NCBI GenBank assembly: GCA_045863295.1
Contig: BTWA01000004.1
Location: 64,001-128,000, forward strand
Direction: 5' to 3'
Length of the DNA stretch: 64,000 bases
Source: Candidatus Hydrogenedentota bacterium
Lineage (GTDB): Bacteria > Hydrogenedentota > Hydrogenedentia > Hydrogenedentales > SLHB01
How positions within the stretch are numbered: the stretch's first letter is position 1; each line of letters starts with the position of its first letter. Below, in pieces: positions 29,182 to 40,131 of the stretch. The translations under genes were made by a program, and so were the position numbers. The notes under the pieces are model-generated. The model saw only the letters and a list, made by a program, of their open reading frames with translations. It searched no databases and was not told where the DNA came from.

Positions 29182-30324
29182 ATGAAATTACACGAGTATC
29201 AGGGCAAGGAACTGTTCCAGCTCTATGGCATCCCGGCACCGTCGGGTGTGGTGGTGACGAAGGCGGAGGACGCGGTTTCGGCGGCGAAAACGCTTGGGCT
29301 GCCGGTGGTTCTGAAGGCGCAGGTCCACGTGGGCGGGCGCGGCAAGGCCGGCGGAGTGAAAGTGGTGTCTGACGCGGACACCGTGAAAGCGACCGCGGAA
29401 AAGATTCTGGCGCTGTCAATCAAGGACCTCCCGGTCAGAAAGCTCTTGGTGACCCCGGCGTCGGACATCAAGACGGAAGTGTATTTAAGCATTCTCATCG
29501 ATCGCGGTGCCCGCAAGGCGGTATTCATCGGGTGTGCCGAAGGTGGGGTGGAAATCGAAGTTACGGCCAAGGTGTCCCCGGAAAAGATTTTGCGACTGGA
29601 AGTGCCGGCGGTGGACTTGAAAGCCCTGCCGAAGGCGCTGGCGGAACCGTTCGCATCAAAGCTGTTCACGGACAATAAGCACGTGGCTCAAACCGTGGAC
29701 ATCATGGCGAAGATGGCGAAGCTGTTTGTGGAAAAAGATTGCGCGCTGGTCGAGGTGAATCCCCTGATTGTCGACGGCAATGACAATGTGGTCGCGCTGG
29801 ATGCCAAAGTGCTGTTGGACGACAACGCGTTGTTCCGTCACCCGGAAATGAATGAACTGCGCGATATGGACAGCGAAGATGCCGACGAACTGGGCGCGAA
29901 GGAACAGGGTCTCAGCTTTATCCGTCTCAGCGGCCAGATCGGATGCATGGTGAACGGCGCGGGCCTTGCCATGGCCACGATGGATACGATCAAGCATTTT
30001 GGCGGCGAACCCGCGAACTTTCTGGATGTGGGCGGCAGTTCAAATCCGAAAAAGGTTGTCGCCGCGTTCAAGCTCATCCTCAAAGACCCGGACGTGAATG
30101 TCATTCTCATCAACATCTTCGGCGGCATCACCCGCTGCGACGACATCGCAAAAGGCATCCTGCAATCGCTGGATGAGATGGATGTGAATGTCCCCATTAT
30201 CGTGCGGCTCGTCGGCACCAACGAAGTCGAAGGACGCAAGCTGCTGGAAGGCACGAAACTGACCCCCGTGCAGACGCTGGAAGAAGGCGCCACGAAGGCC
30301 GCGCAATTGGGAGGCAAATCGTGA
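29182..30324 (+). CDS. sucC: Succinate--CoA ligase beta subunit
   Basis: [57 protein letters not shown]. Confidence 0.97.
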   Translation: MKLHEYQGKELFQLYGIPAPSGVVVTKAEDAVSAAKTLGLPVVLKAQVHVGGRGKAGGVKVVSDADTVKATAEKILALSIKDLPVRKLLVTPASDIKTEVYLSILIDRGARKAVFIGCAEGGVEIEVTAKVSPEKILRLEVPAVDLKALPKALAEPFASKLFTDNKHVAQTVDIMAKMAKLFVEKDCALVEVNPLIVDGNDNVVALDAKVLLDDNALFRHPEMNELRDMDSEDADELGAKEQGLSFIRLSGQIGCMVNGAGLAMATMDTIKHFGGEPANFLDVGGSSNPKKVVAAFKLILKDPDVNVILINIFGGITRCDDIAKGILQSLDEMDVNVPIIVRLVGTNEVEGRKLLEGTKLTPVQTLEEGATKAAQLGGKS

Positions 30325-31193
30325 GTATTTTGGTCAATGCCAATTCGAAAGTCATCGTGCAGGGCATTACGGGCCGGGACGGTTCGTTTCACACCGAGCA
30401 GATGATTCAATACGGGACGAACATTGTGGGCGGTGTGACGCCGGGCAAAGGCGGACAGACTATTTTCGACAAGCCTATCTTCAACAGCGTGGCGGAGGCC
30501 GTTGACGCCACCGGCGCGGATGTGTCTGTCATGTATGTGCCCGCGCAGTTCGCCAAAGGAGCGATGCTGCAAGCCGCGGAATCAAACATTAAACTGCTCG
30601 TCGCCATCACCGAAGGCGTTCCCACGCTGGACGTGCTGGAAGCGTACGAGGCCCTCACGGCCAAAGGCATCCGGCTCATCGGGCCAAATTGCCCCGGCGT
30701 GATATCCCCGGGCCAGTGCAAAGTGGGAATCATGCCTGGTCAAATACACAAGCGCGGCAAGGTGGGCGTTATCTCACGCAGCGGTACGCTGACATATGAA
30801 ATCGTAAAGCAGATTACCGACGCGGGATGGGGCGAATCCACCTGTATCGGAATAGGCGGCGATCCCATCATCGGAAGCAAGTTCGTCGATCTCCTCCCCC
30901 TGCTGGAAGCCGATCCCGAAACCGAAGCCGTCGTGCTCGTTGGCGAAATCGGCGGTCAGGATGAAGTCATCGCCGCGGACTACTACAAGAATCACATGAA
31001 GAAACCCGTCGTCGGCTTCATGGCCGGGCTAACCGCGCCACCTGGCCGCCGCATGGGACACGCGGGCGCAATCGTCGGCGGCGAAGACGACACCGCCTCC
31101 GCCAAAATCGAAAAACTCGAGGCTGCCGGTATCCCCGTCGCGCGTCTCATCAGCGACGTCGTCCGCCTCCTCAGCGACGCCGGCGTGAAATAA
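30321..31193 (+). CDS. sucD: Succinate--CoA ligase alpha subunit
   Basis: [41 protein letters not shown] phospho-His motif. Confidence 0.97.
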   Translation: MSILVNANSKVIVQGITGRDGSFHTEQMIQYGTNIVGGVTPGKGGQTIFDKPIFNSVAEAVDATGADVSVMYVPAQFAKGAMLQAAESNIKLLVAITEGVPTLDVLEAYEALTAKGIRLIGPNCPGVISPGQCKVGIMPGQIHKRGKVGVISRSGTLTYEIVKQITDAGWGESTCIGIGGDPIIGSKFVDLLPLLEADPETEAVVLVGEIGGQDEVIAADYYKNHMKKPVVGFMAGLTAPPGRRMGHAGAIVGGEDDTASAKIEKLEAAGIPVARLISDVVRLLSDAGVK

Positions 31194-31215
31194 CCGATCA
31201 CATAACGATTGCAGA

Positions 31216-31254
31216 ATGCCTCAGGCCGCGACTCCGGCCTGAGGCATCTTTTTT
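31216..31254 (+). terminator. Rho-independent terminator after sucD
   Basis: ATGCCTCAGGCCG-N6-CGGCCTGAGGCAT 13-bp stem then CTTTTTT. Confidence 0.88.
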
Positions 31255-31461
31255 GAGTCTGAAGAGTAAACATGGGAAGCCGATCGTCCGAAGCTCGTTT
31301 CTCGATCGGCTTCCCAAATCCCACAACTCGAGACAGGTGTTCACGGAAAATCTTGCCAGCAGCCATCGGGGCCGGCGTCGATAAAACCCCGATGGCTGCC
31401 GCTAAACGGGGGGACCTCTCCCTGTGCACCCGGAGGTTTGGTCAGCGCGGGCGCGATGCCG

Positions 31462-32022
31462 TCAGTAGGTCGCGCCGTATTCGTACAAGAGGTCAGCGAC
31501 TTCTTCGTAACCCATCAGCTTTGCAATACCGTATCCCGTCAGCCCCCCGGCATGTTCGTCGCGTGCGTTCACATCAGCGCCGTAACGCAGCAACATTTCG
31601 GCCACGTCCGCGCGGCCGTTCAGACAAACCCAGTGAAGGGTCGTCATACCGTACTTGTTGCGTTCGTTCACCTCAGCGCCGTTTTCCAGAAGCGCTTCGA
31701 CGGCCACTTTGTGGCCACGGCGGACGGCTTTGTGCAACGCGGTTTCGCCGAATTCATCGGACTCGCCGGGATTCGCGCCGCCCGCAAGCAGTTTGCGCAC
31801 GGCCTGTTCCAGGCCCCAGTATGCAGCGCGTTGAAGTAGGGTTTCGCCGGCGGCCACATCAGGAGAATCTTCGCGTTCCTGCCGGAGCATGAATTCCGCC
31901 AGGGCGTAGTGTCCGCTCTTCAATGCGCGGCTCATGGGCGTTTCCCCATCGTCGTCCATGGTGTAATACCAGTGAACGGTCATGTTGCGTACCTCCGTGG
32001 GGGCCTTCATCGCATATCCCAT
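31462..32022 (-). CDS. Ankyrin-repeat protein
   Basis: Repeats GETPMSRA, GETLLQRAA, GETALHKAV, GMTTLHWV with GAEVN/GADVN. Confidence 0.9.
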   Translation of the reverse strand: MGYAMKAPTEVRNMTVHWYYTMDDDGETPMSRALKSGHYALAEFMLRQEREDSPDVAAGETLLQRAAYWGLEQAVRKLLAGGANPGESDEFGETALHKAVRRGHKVAVEALLENGAEVNERNKYGMTTLHWVCLNGRADVAEMLLRYGADVNARDEHAGGLTGYGIAKLMGYEEVADLLYEYGATY

Positions 32023-32263
32023 GTAATGTTCCCTTGCGGTTATTCCGGTGAATCGAACCGTTCGGGAAAGAGCAATGGGCGTGCCAACGGAGAGTGAAGC
32101 GAACAGAAAACCGGTGATTGGGATCTATCCTCTTGAAATTCAGGAATTTAGCAATTCATGAACCGAACCGTAGATCTTCGCGGCCGGCACCGACTGACAA
32201 GAATCGGATCATTTATCGCCAAATTCCTGTCACTCTGACGAAAACTGGCGGCTCCAAGGTGTC

Positions 32264-32303
32264 AAAAACAAAGAAGGCCCCCGGCAAAGTACGCCGGGGA
32301 CCT
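32264..32303 (-). terminator. Probable terminator of the minus-strand operon
   Basis: Minus strand AGGTCCCCGGC-loop-GCCGGGGGCCT followed by TCTTTGTTTTT. Confidence 0.65.
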
Positions 32304-32326
32304 GAAAAATGAGCACTCGATGAGAA

Positions 32327-32734
32327 TTAACGGGGGGCAGGTTCCTCGCCAGGAAACATGGTGTCAAATACGCCAATCATGTCCACGCCGGCGGGCTGCT
32401 TATGAATCACAACCACAAATGGATTCCGCTGATATACGGTTATCTCCGCACGCTCAGTCGTTTCGACATTGCCGATCTTCGGCTTTTCGCCCGGACCGAA
32501 TAAAAACATATCCAACAGCAAATCCGGGCCCTTCACCTGCCGCGAGTCGGCCAGGGTTACCCCGTCAAATTTGACGCCGGGAAGGGGTTCGGTGGAATCC
32601 ACCACGATGTTGTTCTTTTTCAGACCGGCCACAAGGTCATCAAGAGTTTCGGCCTTCTTGCCCGGTTGACACCCTACCAGGATGACCGCGGCGATCAGCC
32701 CGGTCGCCCTCGTCCATTTCAAACGATTCATCAC
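32327..32734 (-). CDS. Putative lipoprotein
   Basis: VILVGC lipobox; overlaps stop of upstream HD gene. Confidence 0.75.
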   Translation of the reverse strand: MMNRLKWTRATGLIAAVILVGCQPGKKAETLDDLVAGLKKNNIVVDSTEPLPGVKFDGVTLADSRQVKGPDLLLDMFLFGPGEKPKIGNVETTERAEITVYQRNPFVVVIHKQPAGVDMIGVFDTMFPGEEPAPR

Positions 32735-33348
32735 TCATCCATTCCTTCTATTTCGGCTTGATGCCAAAGACCGCGCGCCCGTTCGAGAAGTACATCATAG
32801 ACCATTGCAAGCGCCGGGTCCATGCGTTGGGCGGGTCGGTTATAGGCGCGGGCCATGGTTTCGGTAACGCCGCGTTCGCGCCAGGATCGGCCGCCGCTGA
32901 ACAGGTTTTGGGCAAATCCATGGGCCATATCGACCGACCGGGCAAACCGCGCCTCCGGGGTAGCCTGTGCCTCGAACTCATGCCAAAGGGCGCGGAGCCG
33001 TTCGCGGTGCGTATCGGGAAGTAATCCAAAAAGGCGGTCTGCCGCCTGCCGCTCTCGATCGGCCTGATCGCACTGGCCTGCCGCGTCGTAGGCGTAGGTG
33101 TCGCCAGCATAGACTTCGACCAGATCGTGCACGAGCAACATTAACAAAGTATGGCCCAGATCGACCGGCTGCCCCATGTGCGGATGCAGCAACAGGGCCA
33201 ACAGGCACGCATGCCAAGTGTGTTCAGCGGGGTTTTCGTGGCGGCTCTGATCGCTCAAGTAGCTGGCGCGCTCCACCGATTTCAAGCCATCCGCCGCGTG
33301 CAGGAAATCGACCAGCGCTGAAGCATTTTCTTTATCAAGTTCCCTCAT
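32731..33348 (-). CDS. HD-domain phosphohydrolase (HD_3 / 5'-deoxynucleotidase-like)
   Basis: LKSVERA, ENPAEHTW, LLVHDLVEVYAGD, LWHEFEAQATPEARFA. Confidence 0.9.
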   Translation of the reverse strand: MRELDKENASALVDFLHAADGLKSVERASYLSDQSRHENPAEHTWHACLLALLLHPHMGQPVDLGHTLLMLLVHDLVEVYAGDTYAYDAAGQCDQADRERQAADRLFGLLPDTHRERLRALWHEFEAQATPEARFARSVDMAHGFAQNLFSGGRSWRERGVTETMARAYNRPAQRMDPALAMVYDVLLERARGLWHQAEIEGMDE

Positions 33349-34250
33349 GGCTGCAACACATGGGCGAGGCAAACGATCGTGCCCGCGCCAACAAGGACGG
33401 GAACGAACAAAACCAGGATTACAGCGGCTTTCGATTTACCTTGGAACAAACCGTCCGCGCCGATTCCGGGCGTCCCGGGCAAGCTGTCAATGAGCACGGC
33501 CTGTTCGGGAAAGTAAGGGTCATACACGATCCACTCGCCTTCTTCGCTCTCCAGCAGTGCTGTGTTGTGGGTTTTGGCCGAGGCCGTGTAAGCGCGGCGG
33601 TCAGAAGCGGTAAAAGAAAACGTCAACTTATAAACCGTCTGGTCGTTCACGCGGACATTGGTCGGCTCTTTGGTCAAAAGCTTGCCCCGTGCCATTTCAC
33701 CGACTTCCAACAGGCGCGCATTGTAACGGCCCTTCCGAAACCCAATGCAGGCGAACACGAGACCAACGATCGCGGGAATGGATGTGAAGATCCCGGCAAG
33801 CGGCATGACGGCCGATCGCATGCCGGTAATCCGCGAATGTTCGGGCTTGCCCTGCGGATACTCGATCTCCACAATCTGAGGCACGGAGATTGCTTCGCCC
33901 GTATGGTACGAAGTGTCTTCAATGCTGTGGCCGTCGGAGAGACTGAACGTATATCGATGACCTGTCACCGGTTCTTCGCCGATACTCACCCCGGTCTCCC
34001 ATGACTCGATCAGCTGAGCTTCACGCCGCTCCAACTCTCCGCGAAAGACATACCATGAGGTGAGATCGGAATTGACGGCCATGGACCAAAAAAAGATGGA
34101 ACCGAAACCCAGCACCAACCACCCGAGAAGGCTCCAGCCGTTTCCAAATATCAAATGAAGCCGAAGTGACACAGGGATCAGGCGCGGCGGCGGCTTTAAC
34201 CGCACATCGCCCATGTTCAACGGCGGGGAGTAGCGGCCGGCGTCAGACAT
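33345..34250 (-). CDS. Membrane protein with two DUF3592-like units
   Basis: Three TM segments alternating with beta domains (HRYTF...VEIEYP; YKLTFSF...IVYDP). Confidence 0.7.
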   Translation of the reverse strand: MSDAGRYSPPLNMGDVRLKPPPRLIPVSLRLHLIFGNGWSLLGWLVLGFGSIFFWSMAVNSDLTSWYVFRGELERREAQLIESWETGVSIGEEPVTGHRYTFSLSDGHSIEDTSYHTGEAISVPQIVEIEYPQGKPEHSRITGMRSAVMPLAGIFTSIPAIVGLVFACIGFRKGRYNARLLEVGEMARGKLLTKEPTNVRVNDQTVYKLTFSFTASDRRAYTASAKTHNTALLESEEGEWIVYDPYFPEQAVLIDSLPGTPGIGADGLFQGKSKAAVILVLFVPVLVGAGTIVCLAHVLQP

Positions 34251-35319
34251 GGGGAACCGGGACCTTTCCCACCGCATCGGACTCGATGCTGCCAAGATAG
34301 AGATATCCGTCATACTCGTTCACGCTCGTAATGGGCGCATAGGCGCCCGTGGGCGTTTGCATGTTGTGGATCACATTCCCCTCTCCGTCGATGCCAAGAG
34401 CGATGCCGTAGGGTTGAGGCTTCGGCAGGAATGCGCGAGGCAGCCGGTACAGCACTTTGCGTAGCGCTGGATACGGCAACAACGCATCCAATGTAGTGTC
34501 GCGTGGAGAGGCCAGTGCCACCCAATAGACGCCGTTTTGTCCCGTGGAGAGATTGTCCGGAAATCCGGGTAGATTCTCAATGATCAACTCGGATTCACCC
34601 TTTCTTTCTCCTTGCAGCCAATACCGCCAAATGCGATACCGGCCCGTCTCGTTCATCAATAAATAGGATTCATCAGAACTCAGAGTCACCCCATTGGCAA
34701 ATCGCAAGTCGGACATGATCGCCGTGCATGTCTTCGTCGCGGGGTCGTAGGCAAGCAAGCGGCCGTTGCCCGCGTGTTCCAGCAGGTCTTCCATGTAATT
34801 CGGTGCCGTGTATTTGTGCGAGGCATCGGTAAAATAAATGACACCGTCCTTCGCGACGGCAACATCATCCGTAAAGGCAAACGGCACGCCTCCCTCTTCG
34901 GTGGCCAGCACCGTGATGGCACCCAAGGGATCGATTGACAGCAACCCCTTGTGTGCATCGGCAACGATCAGATTGCCACTGCCGTCCCAATCCAAGCCAA
35001 GCGGCCTCCCGCCAGTATCAGCGAATAACTCCTGGTCTTCGCCGGACGTATCCATTCGAATAATCCGCCCGTCTTCCAAGCCGGTATACAGGCGGCCGGA
35101 ACCGTCTCGTGCCACATCTTCCGGCCCTCGACCAATTCCCGGCGCAATGCGCTCCACCTGATTCAGATAATCATTCGCCGCGAACTCCCCCGCCAGCGGA
35201 GGCGCTTGCGGCGGCGACCAGGCAACCGGTTCTACCACCACGGGCCAGAATCCCAGATAAGTCGCTGCCAGCAGTACGAGGCCCAGAAAGACATAAAAGA
35301 TGCGTGTGGCCGTTTTCAT
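34243..35319 (-). CDS. SMP-30/gluconolactonase/strictosidine-synthase-like beta-propeller (APMAP-like)
   Basis: GPED, GGRPLG, IYFTDAS, GRLLAYDP, FANGV, NLPGFPDN. Confidence 0.92.
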   Translation of the reverse strand: MKTATRIFYVFLGLVLLAATYLGFWPVVVEPVAWSPPQAPPLAGEFAANDYLNQVERIAPGIGRGPEDVARDGSGRLYTGLEDGRIIRMDTSGEDQELFADTGGRPLGLDWDGSGNLIVADAHKGLLSIDPLGAITVLATEEGGVPFAFTDDVAVAKDGVIYFTDASHKYTAPNYMEDLLEHAGNGRLLAYDPATKTCTAIMSDLRFANGVTLSSDESYLLMNETGRYRIWRYWLQGERKGESELIIENLPGFPDNLSTGQNGVYWVALASPRDTTLDALLPYPALRKVLYRLPRAFLPKPQPYGIALGIDGEGNVIHNMQTPTGAYAPITSVNEYDGYLYLGSIESDAVGKVPVPHV

Positions 35320-35509
35320 CGCGAAAGCCTCCCAAGAACTGACCCTGTCCAGACAATACCAAATGCCCGGGGATTCCGGAAACGGCCCTACACCCTACCA
35401 ACTCAAACACCGGGTTTTTGCGGGCGGCGTAAGGCAATGGTACAATTCAGGTGATTGCACTGTGTTACGGACATTGCTGGCCGAGCAACCAGAGGGACTG
35501 TGTTCAACC

Positions 35510-35842
35510 GTGTTATTCAAGAAGCAAGAAGACGATCACGCTCGAAGAACCGTCGTCGCGCCTGAACCGTACCGGCTTTCCGGACATTCGGGTGAATTGA
35601 TCCCCATCGCGTTCGAGCGCATGCTGAAAGGCAACTTGAACGAACGCCGCGGACAGACCATCCGGCAGATCGGGGTCTATGTCGGCGGCACCATCAAGCT
35701 GGTCACCAGCGGCGACAGTGTCGATCGACCGACATACGACGCACTTGTGGCGGCAGGGGCCGTCCAGCCTTTCCTGTTCGATCAAGCGGCACGAAGCCAG
35801 TCGCATCAAACGCATCAGGAAGAAAGACGCTCGGAGGTCTGA
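35510..35842 (+). CDS. Hypothetical protein
   Basis: 3' part of ORF 35300..35842; GTG start after AGAGGGA, TGGTACAAT extended -10 upstream; co-oriented with GT2. Confidence 0.55.
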   Translation: MLFKKQEDDHARRTVVAPEPYRLSGHSGELIPIAFERMLKGNLNERRGQTIRQIGVYVGGTIKLVTSGDSVDRPTYDALVAAGAVQPFLFDQAARSQSHQTHQEERRSEV

Positions 35843-35858
35843 GGAGTACCCTGTTTCC

Positions 35859-37265
35859 GTGGCGGCCACCATTTCCATTGCCATGATTGTAAAAGACGAG
35901 GCCGGCCATTTGGCGGAATGCCTCGATTCGGCCAAGTCTCTCGCGGACGAGATTTGCATCGTCGACACCGGTTCAAACGATAGCACAGTAAGCATCGCAC
36001 GCAAATTCGGGGCGCACGTCAGTGTCTTCCTTTGGTGTGACGACTTCTCCGCGGCTCGCAATGAATCCCTGCGGCTTTGCACCAAGGATTGGATTTTCAT
36101 TCTCGACGCAGACGAACGCCTGCAGCATACGGATATAGCGCGGGTCCGCGAATTGACGCGCGGCCCCACGGACCGGTGCTACAGGTTCGTGACGCACAAC
36201 TACACAAACACCGCGTCCGTAAGCGAATTTAATCCGGTTGATCCCAACAGCGAAACCGCAGCTGGCTTCGCCGGTTGGTATCCGAGCGCAAAAGTGCGCT
36301 TGTTTCCCAACCACAAAGGAGCCATCTTCGAGGGTAAGGTCCACGAATTGGTCAATCCTTCGCTGGAGCGGCTGGGCATCCGCGTGTTGGACACCAATGT
36401 GCCTATACACCACTATCCTCTGATCAATCCCCCGGATCGCATTCGCGACAAACAACTGCTCTACCTGAAGCTGGGCCACGAAAAGGCAAAGGAAGACCCA
36501 ACGAACCCAAAGGTATACACCGAACTCGGCGCGCAATATGCCGAAGTCGGCGCCTATGAGGAGGCAGCGGCGGCCTACAAAGAAGCCGTACGCCTCCGGC
36601 CTTCAGACCCCAAGACGCTGAACGACCTGGGCGCGGTCCTGCACTTAATGAAGAAAGAGGAAGAAGCGCAACGGGCGTTGCGCATCGCTATTCAGCTAGA
36701 CCCGAACCTGGCCGAAGCCTGGCGCAACCTCGGCGTGGTCCTGGCGGAAGAGCAAATTTGGGAAGCCGCGTTGGAATGCTTTGACAAGGCCTTGGCGCTC
36801 GATCCGGCGTGGCAAGACGGCAACCGCTATCGAAGTGTCGCACTGCAGGGCACGGGCCATCTGCGCGAGGCGGCACACGCAGCGCAACTGGCCCTGGAAA
36901 CCAACCCCCATTCCCAGGAATGCCTGTCGCTCTTCGTCCACCAGATGCTCCGCCTCGAAAAACGAGAACAAGCGCGAGCGGTCATCGGCAAAATCATCTC
37001 GAACGGTGCCGAAGACCCGGAACTGGAAAATGCGCTGGGCGAACTTTGCTACTACGACAACCTATACGCTGAAGCGCGAAACCACTTCCAACGCTCCGGC
37101 GAAGCCGGGCTCGCAGCCGGTTTCAACAACCTGGGTGTCGTCCACTTTAAAGAAAGGCACTATGAACTGGCCAAGGCTGCCTACGAAAAATGTCTCGCCA
37201 TCGATCCCGGCCATCGCGGAGCCCGAAGCGGCCTGGAAAAAGTGATCAAACACTTGGAAAAGTGA
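35859..37265 (+). CDS. GT2 glycosyltransferase fused to TPR array
   Basis: ISIAMIVKDE, IVDTGSND, DDFSAARN, ILDADE (DxD), FEGKVHE, IHHY; multiple C-terminal TPRs. Confidence 0.92.
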   Translation: MAATISIAMIVKDEAGHLAECLDSAKSLADEICIVDTGSNDSTVSIARKFGAHVSVFLWCDDFSAARNESLRLCTKDWIFILDADERLQHTDIARVRELTRGPTDRCYRFVTHNYTNTASVSEFNPVDPNSETAAGFAGWYPSAKVRLFPNHKGAIFEGKVHELVNPSLERLGIRVLDTNVPIHHYPLINPPDRIRDKQLLYLKLGHEKAKEDPTNPKVYTELGAQYAEVGAYEEAAAAYKEAVRLRPSDPKTLNDLGAVLHLMKKEEEAQRALRIAIQLDPNLAEAWRNLGVVLAEEQIWEAALECFDKALALDPAWQDGNRYRSVALQGTGHLREAAHAAQLALETNPHSQECLSLFVHQMLRLEKREQARAVIGKIISNGAEDPELENALGELCYYDNLYAEARNHFQRSGEAGLAAGFNNLGVVHFKERHYELAKAAYEKCLAIDPGHRGARSGLEKVIKHLEK

Positions 37266-37312
37266 TGCACTTGCAGCAATGCCGGTGAACAAGAATTGAA
37301 CTGCGGAACAAT

Positions 37313-37738
37313 TCAGCCCTGTGACCCCGTCTTTACCTTGTGAGTTTCCCACCAGTCGCTGCGGGAAAGCGCGGTCCAGTAAGCCTGTTCGAAAATCAGC
37401 GAAAACTTGCGCAGGCTGAATGGCTTCGAGATATACCCGTCGGCTCCTGCCCGGAGTGCCTCGGATAGGGGGTGCTCGTGGTCATAAGCAGTCATCAGTA
37501 CGATACCGGCATTCGAGTCCAATGCGCGAATAGCGGTTATCAACTCGTACCCATTCATACCCGCCATTTCAATGTCACTGATGACCAAATCGTACGATCC
37601 GGTTTGGAACGCGGCCAGCGCATCCTCGCCGCTTCCACACGCAGTCACATTGTTTCCACGTTCTTCCAGGAAGGCGGACAACACGTCCAGCATGGTTCCG
37701 TCATCATCGACGATGAGCACATTTAGACGATCCAGCAT
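37313..37738 (-). CDS. Stand-alone response regulator receiver
   Basis: VLIVDDD, ISDIEM (phospho-Asp), MTA, ISKPF; GGAG RBS. Confidence 0.9.
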   Translation of the reverse strand: MLDRLNVLIVDDDGTMLDVLSAFLEERGNNVTACGSGEDALAAFQTGSYDLVISDIEMAGMNGYELITAIRALDSNAGIVLMTAYDHEHPLSEALRAGADGYISKPFSLRKFSLIFEQAYWTALSRSDWWETHKVKTGSQG

Positions 37739-38000
37739 GTCAATGCTTTCTCCGTCGTCGAAGCCCACGATTCGCACAGATAAGCTTCAGCCCGGCGAGT
37801 ACGTGCACGAGCGCAATTGCACTCCCGATGGGCTGAATTCTCATACGCTAAACCTTAGTCCTTTAAGTATACCATCTGCGGACCGGAATACAACGTGGGA
37901 TTGGCAAACTTTTCAGCGTAGGTGCAGCCGTTGGACGGAGTAGGCGATCCTGCAGTGTGAGACACAGATCACGAGGACGGTATTGCGCCGGATAGACCGA

Positions 38001-38636
38001 TCAGCCTTGTTCCTGAGCAAGGCGCTGCGCCTTGATCTTCATCAGCCGGCTGGTGTTCGACCGTTCCATTTCGTCGAGCTTGTTCTTGATGTATTTAATT
38101 GTCTCGGTCATGCGGGGAATGAACGAATGTTCAAGCGCGTTGACCCGCCGCCGCGTCTTCTCAATTTCCGAGCACAGAAGCCGGAGCCCTTCTTCCAATT
38201 CAGACATCGCAAGCAACTTCGGAAGAAACGCGCGAAGCTGCTCTATCGCCTGATCGAGCTCGATCGAGGTGTGCACCATCGAATACCCGCCGGCCGACTC
38301 CCCGAATTCGGCAACGAAATGCGGAATGATGACACTCATAATTCGCCGGGGCTGACGCACAATGTTCAGTTCTTGCCGCGTGTGATCCAGTGCATCTTCT
38401 GTAATCAACCTGGACGAAGTCACTTCGGCCAGTACGAATAACTTCATCACGGCCGGCAACTCGGTGTCCACTTCGCGGCGTAACGCTTTGTAATTCTGAG
38501 CCAACTGCATGAACTCCTTCATGAGTCCATCCAGTTTATCCTTCAATAGCTTATGTCCGCGCACGGCCACGGCCTGCCGCTTGCGAAGCCGAAGCAGTTC
38601 CATGCGCGTTGGATTAACTTGTAGCCGGGTTGCCAT
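38001..38636 (-). CDS. ntpD: V/A-type ATPase subunit D
   Basis: NPTRMELLRL, RGHKLLKDK, EIEKTRRRVNALE. Confidence 0.96.
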   Translation of the reverse strand: MATRLQVNPTRMELLRLRKRQAVAVRGHKLLKDKLDGLMKEFMQLAQNYKALRREVDTELPAVMKLFVLAEVTSSRLITEDALDHTRQELNIVRQPRRIMSVIIPHFVAEFGESAGGYSMVHTSIELDQAIEQLRAFLPKLLAMSELEEGLRLLCSEIEKTRRRVNALEHSFIPRMTETIKYIKNKLDEMERSNTSRLMKIKAQRLAQEQG

Positions 38637-38669
38637 AGGCGTTCCGCCGATTACTCCTGAGTATTACGG

Positions 38670-40049
38670 TCACGTCGTCGAAGGAAAGTACTTCTGAATC
38701 CACTTGTCCCGCACGCGCTTCAGCTCCGGGCGCGGCAACATGGCCAACAGGTCCCAACTGATCCGAAGGCTCTCTTCGATAGTCCGGTTCTCGTCTTCGC
38801 CCTGCGTTACAAATCGCTCTTCAAACGCGTCCGCGAATTTCACGAAGAGCAAATCCGTGCTGCTCAACGCGGACTCGCCCAAAACCACCGCCAATTCCTT
38901 GGCGTTCTTCCCACGTGCATATGCCGAATACAATTGGTTCATTACATCGGCATGATCCTCGCGCGTCTTGCCGTCGCCTATACCCTTGTCCTTCAGGCGC
39001 GACAACGACGGAAGCACGTCCACCGGCGGATAAATGCCCTGCGCGTGGATCGGGCGGCTCATGATGATCTGCCCTTCGGTGATGTAGCCCGTGAGATCGG
39101 GGATCGGATGCGTCTTGTCGTCTTCCGGCATGGTCAAGACCGGTATCTGCGTAATTGAACCGTTCTTGCCCTTAATCCGGCCGGCACGCTCGTATAGGGT
39201 GGAAAGATCCGTGTACAAGTATCCGGGATATCCCCGGCGGCCCGGAACTTCCTTGCGCGCGGCGGAGATTTCGCGAAGCGCTTCGCAGTAATTCGTCAAG
39301 TCCGTCAGAATAACAAGGACGTGCATGTCCTTTTCATAGGCCAGATATTCTGCCGCCGTCAGAGCCATGCGCGGAACGGCAATGCGTTCGATCGGCGGGT
39401 CATCCGCAAGATTCATGAAGAGCACCGCGCGTTCCAGAGCCCCCGTGCGCCGGAAGTCCGCAATGAAGAACTCCGACTCTTCAAACGTAATGCCCATCGC
39501 GGCGAAAATCACCGCGAACTTTTCACCGGTCTTCAGCACCGAAGCCTGACGCGCAATCTGGGCCGCAAGCCGGGAATGCGGCAGACCCGATGCGGAAAAG
39601 ATGGGCAGTTTTTGGCCGCGCACAAGCGTGTTCAACAGGTCAATGGTGGAAATGCCGGTTTGGATGAACTCGTTGGGATAATCACGCGCATACGGATTCA
39701 TCGGACTGCCGTTGATGTTGATCCATTTCTCCGGAATGATCTCCGGACCGTCGTCCACCGGCCGGCCGAAACCGTCAAACACGCGCCCAAGCATGTCGGT
39801 CGACACGCCCAGTTCCTGGCCTTTGCCCAGAAACTTCACCTTCAGGTCTTCCGGAGCGAGGCCGCTGGTGCCTTCAAATACCTGGACCAGCGCCTTGTCC
39901 CCGCTGACTTCGAGCACACGCCCGCGGCGGGTCAGGCCATCGGTCTGTTTGATTTCGGTCAGTTCACCGTAGGTGATGCCGTCAACTCCCTCGACCATGA
40001 TGAGCGGTCCGACAACCTGTTTTACGGTGCGGTATTCTTTGGTAATCAA
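38670..40049 (-). CDS. ntpB: V/A-type ATPase subunit B
   Basis: [51 protein letters not shown] start. Confidence 0.97.
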   Translation of the reverse strand: MITKEYRTVKQVVGPLIMVEGVDGITYGELTEIKQTDGLTRRGRVLEVSGDKALVQVFEGTSGLAPEDLKVKFLGKGQELGVSTDMLGRVFDGFGRPVDDGPEIIPEKWININGSPMNPYARDYPNEFIQTGISTIDLLNTLVRGQKLPIFSASGLPHSRLAAQIARQASVLKTGEKFAVIFAAMGITFEESEFFIADFRRTGALERAVLFMNLADDPPIERIAVPRMALTAAEYLAYEKDMHVLVILTDLTNYCEALREISAARKEVPGRRGYPGYLYTDLSTLYERAGRIKGKNGSITQIPVLTMPEDDKTHPIPDLTGYITEGQIIMSRPIHAQGIYPPVDVLPSLSRLKDKGIGDGKTREDHADVMNQLYSAYARGKNAKELAVVLGESALSSTDLLFVKFADAFEERFVTQGEDENRTIEESLRISWDLLAMLPRPELKRVRDKWIQKYFPSTT

Positions 40050-40131
40050 CGCTGGATTCTCCGTGGCGCTCGCCCGGCGTCTAAGCCAGTCGAGTCAGTT
40101 CAACTAGTCTCTTGCATACACCCAACGGATC

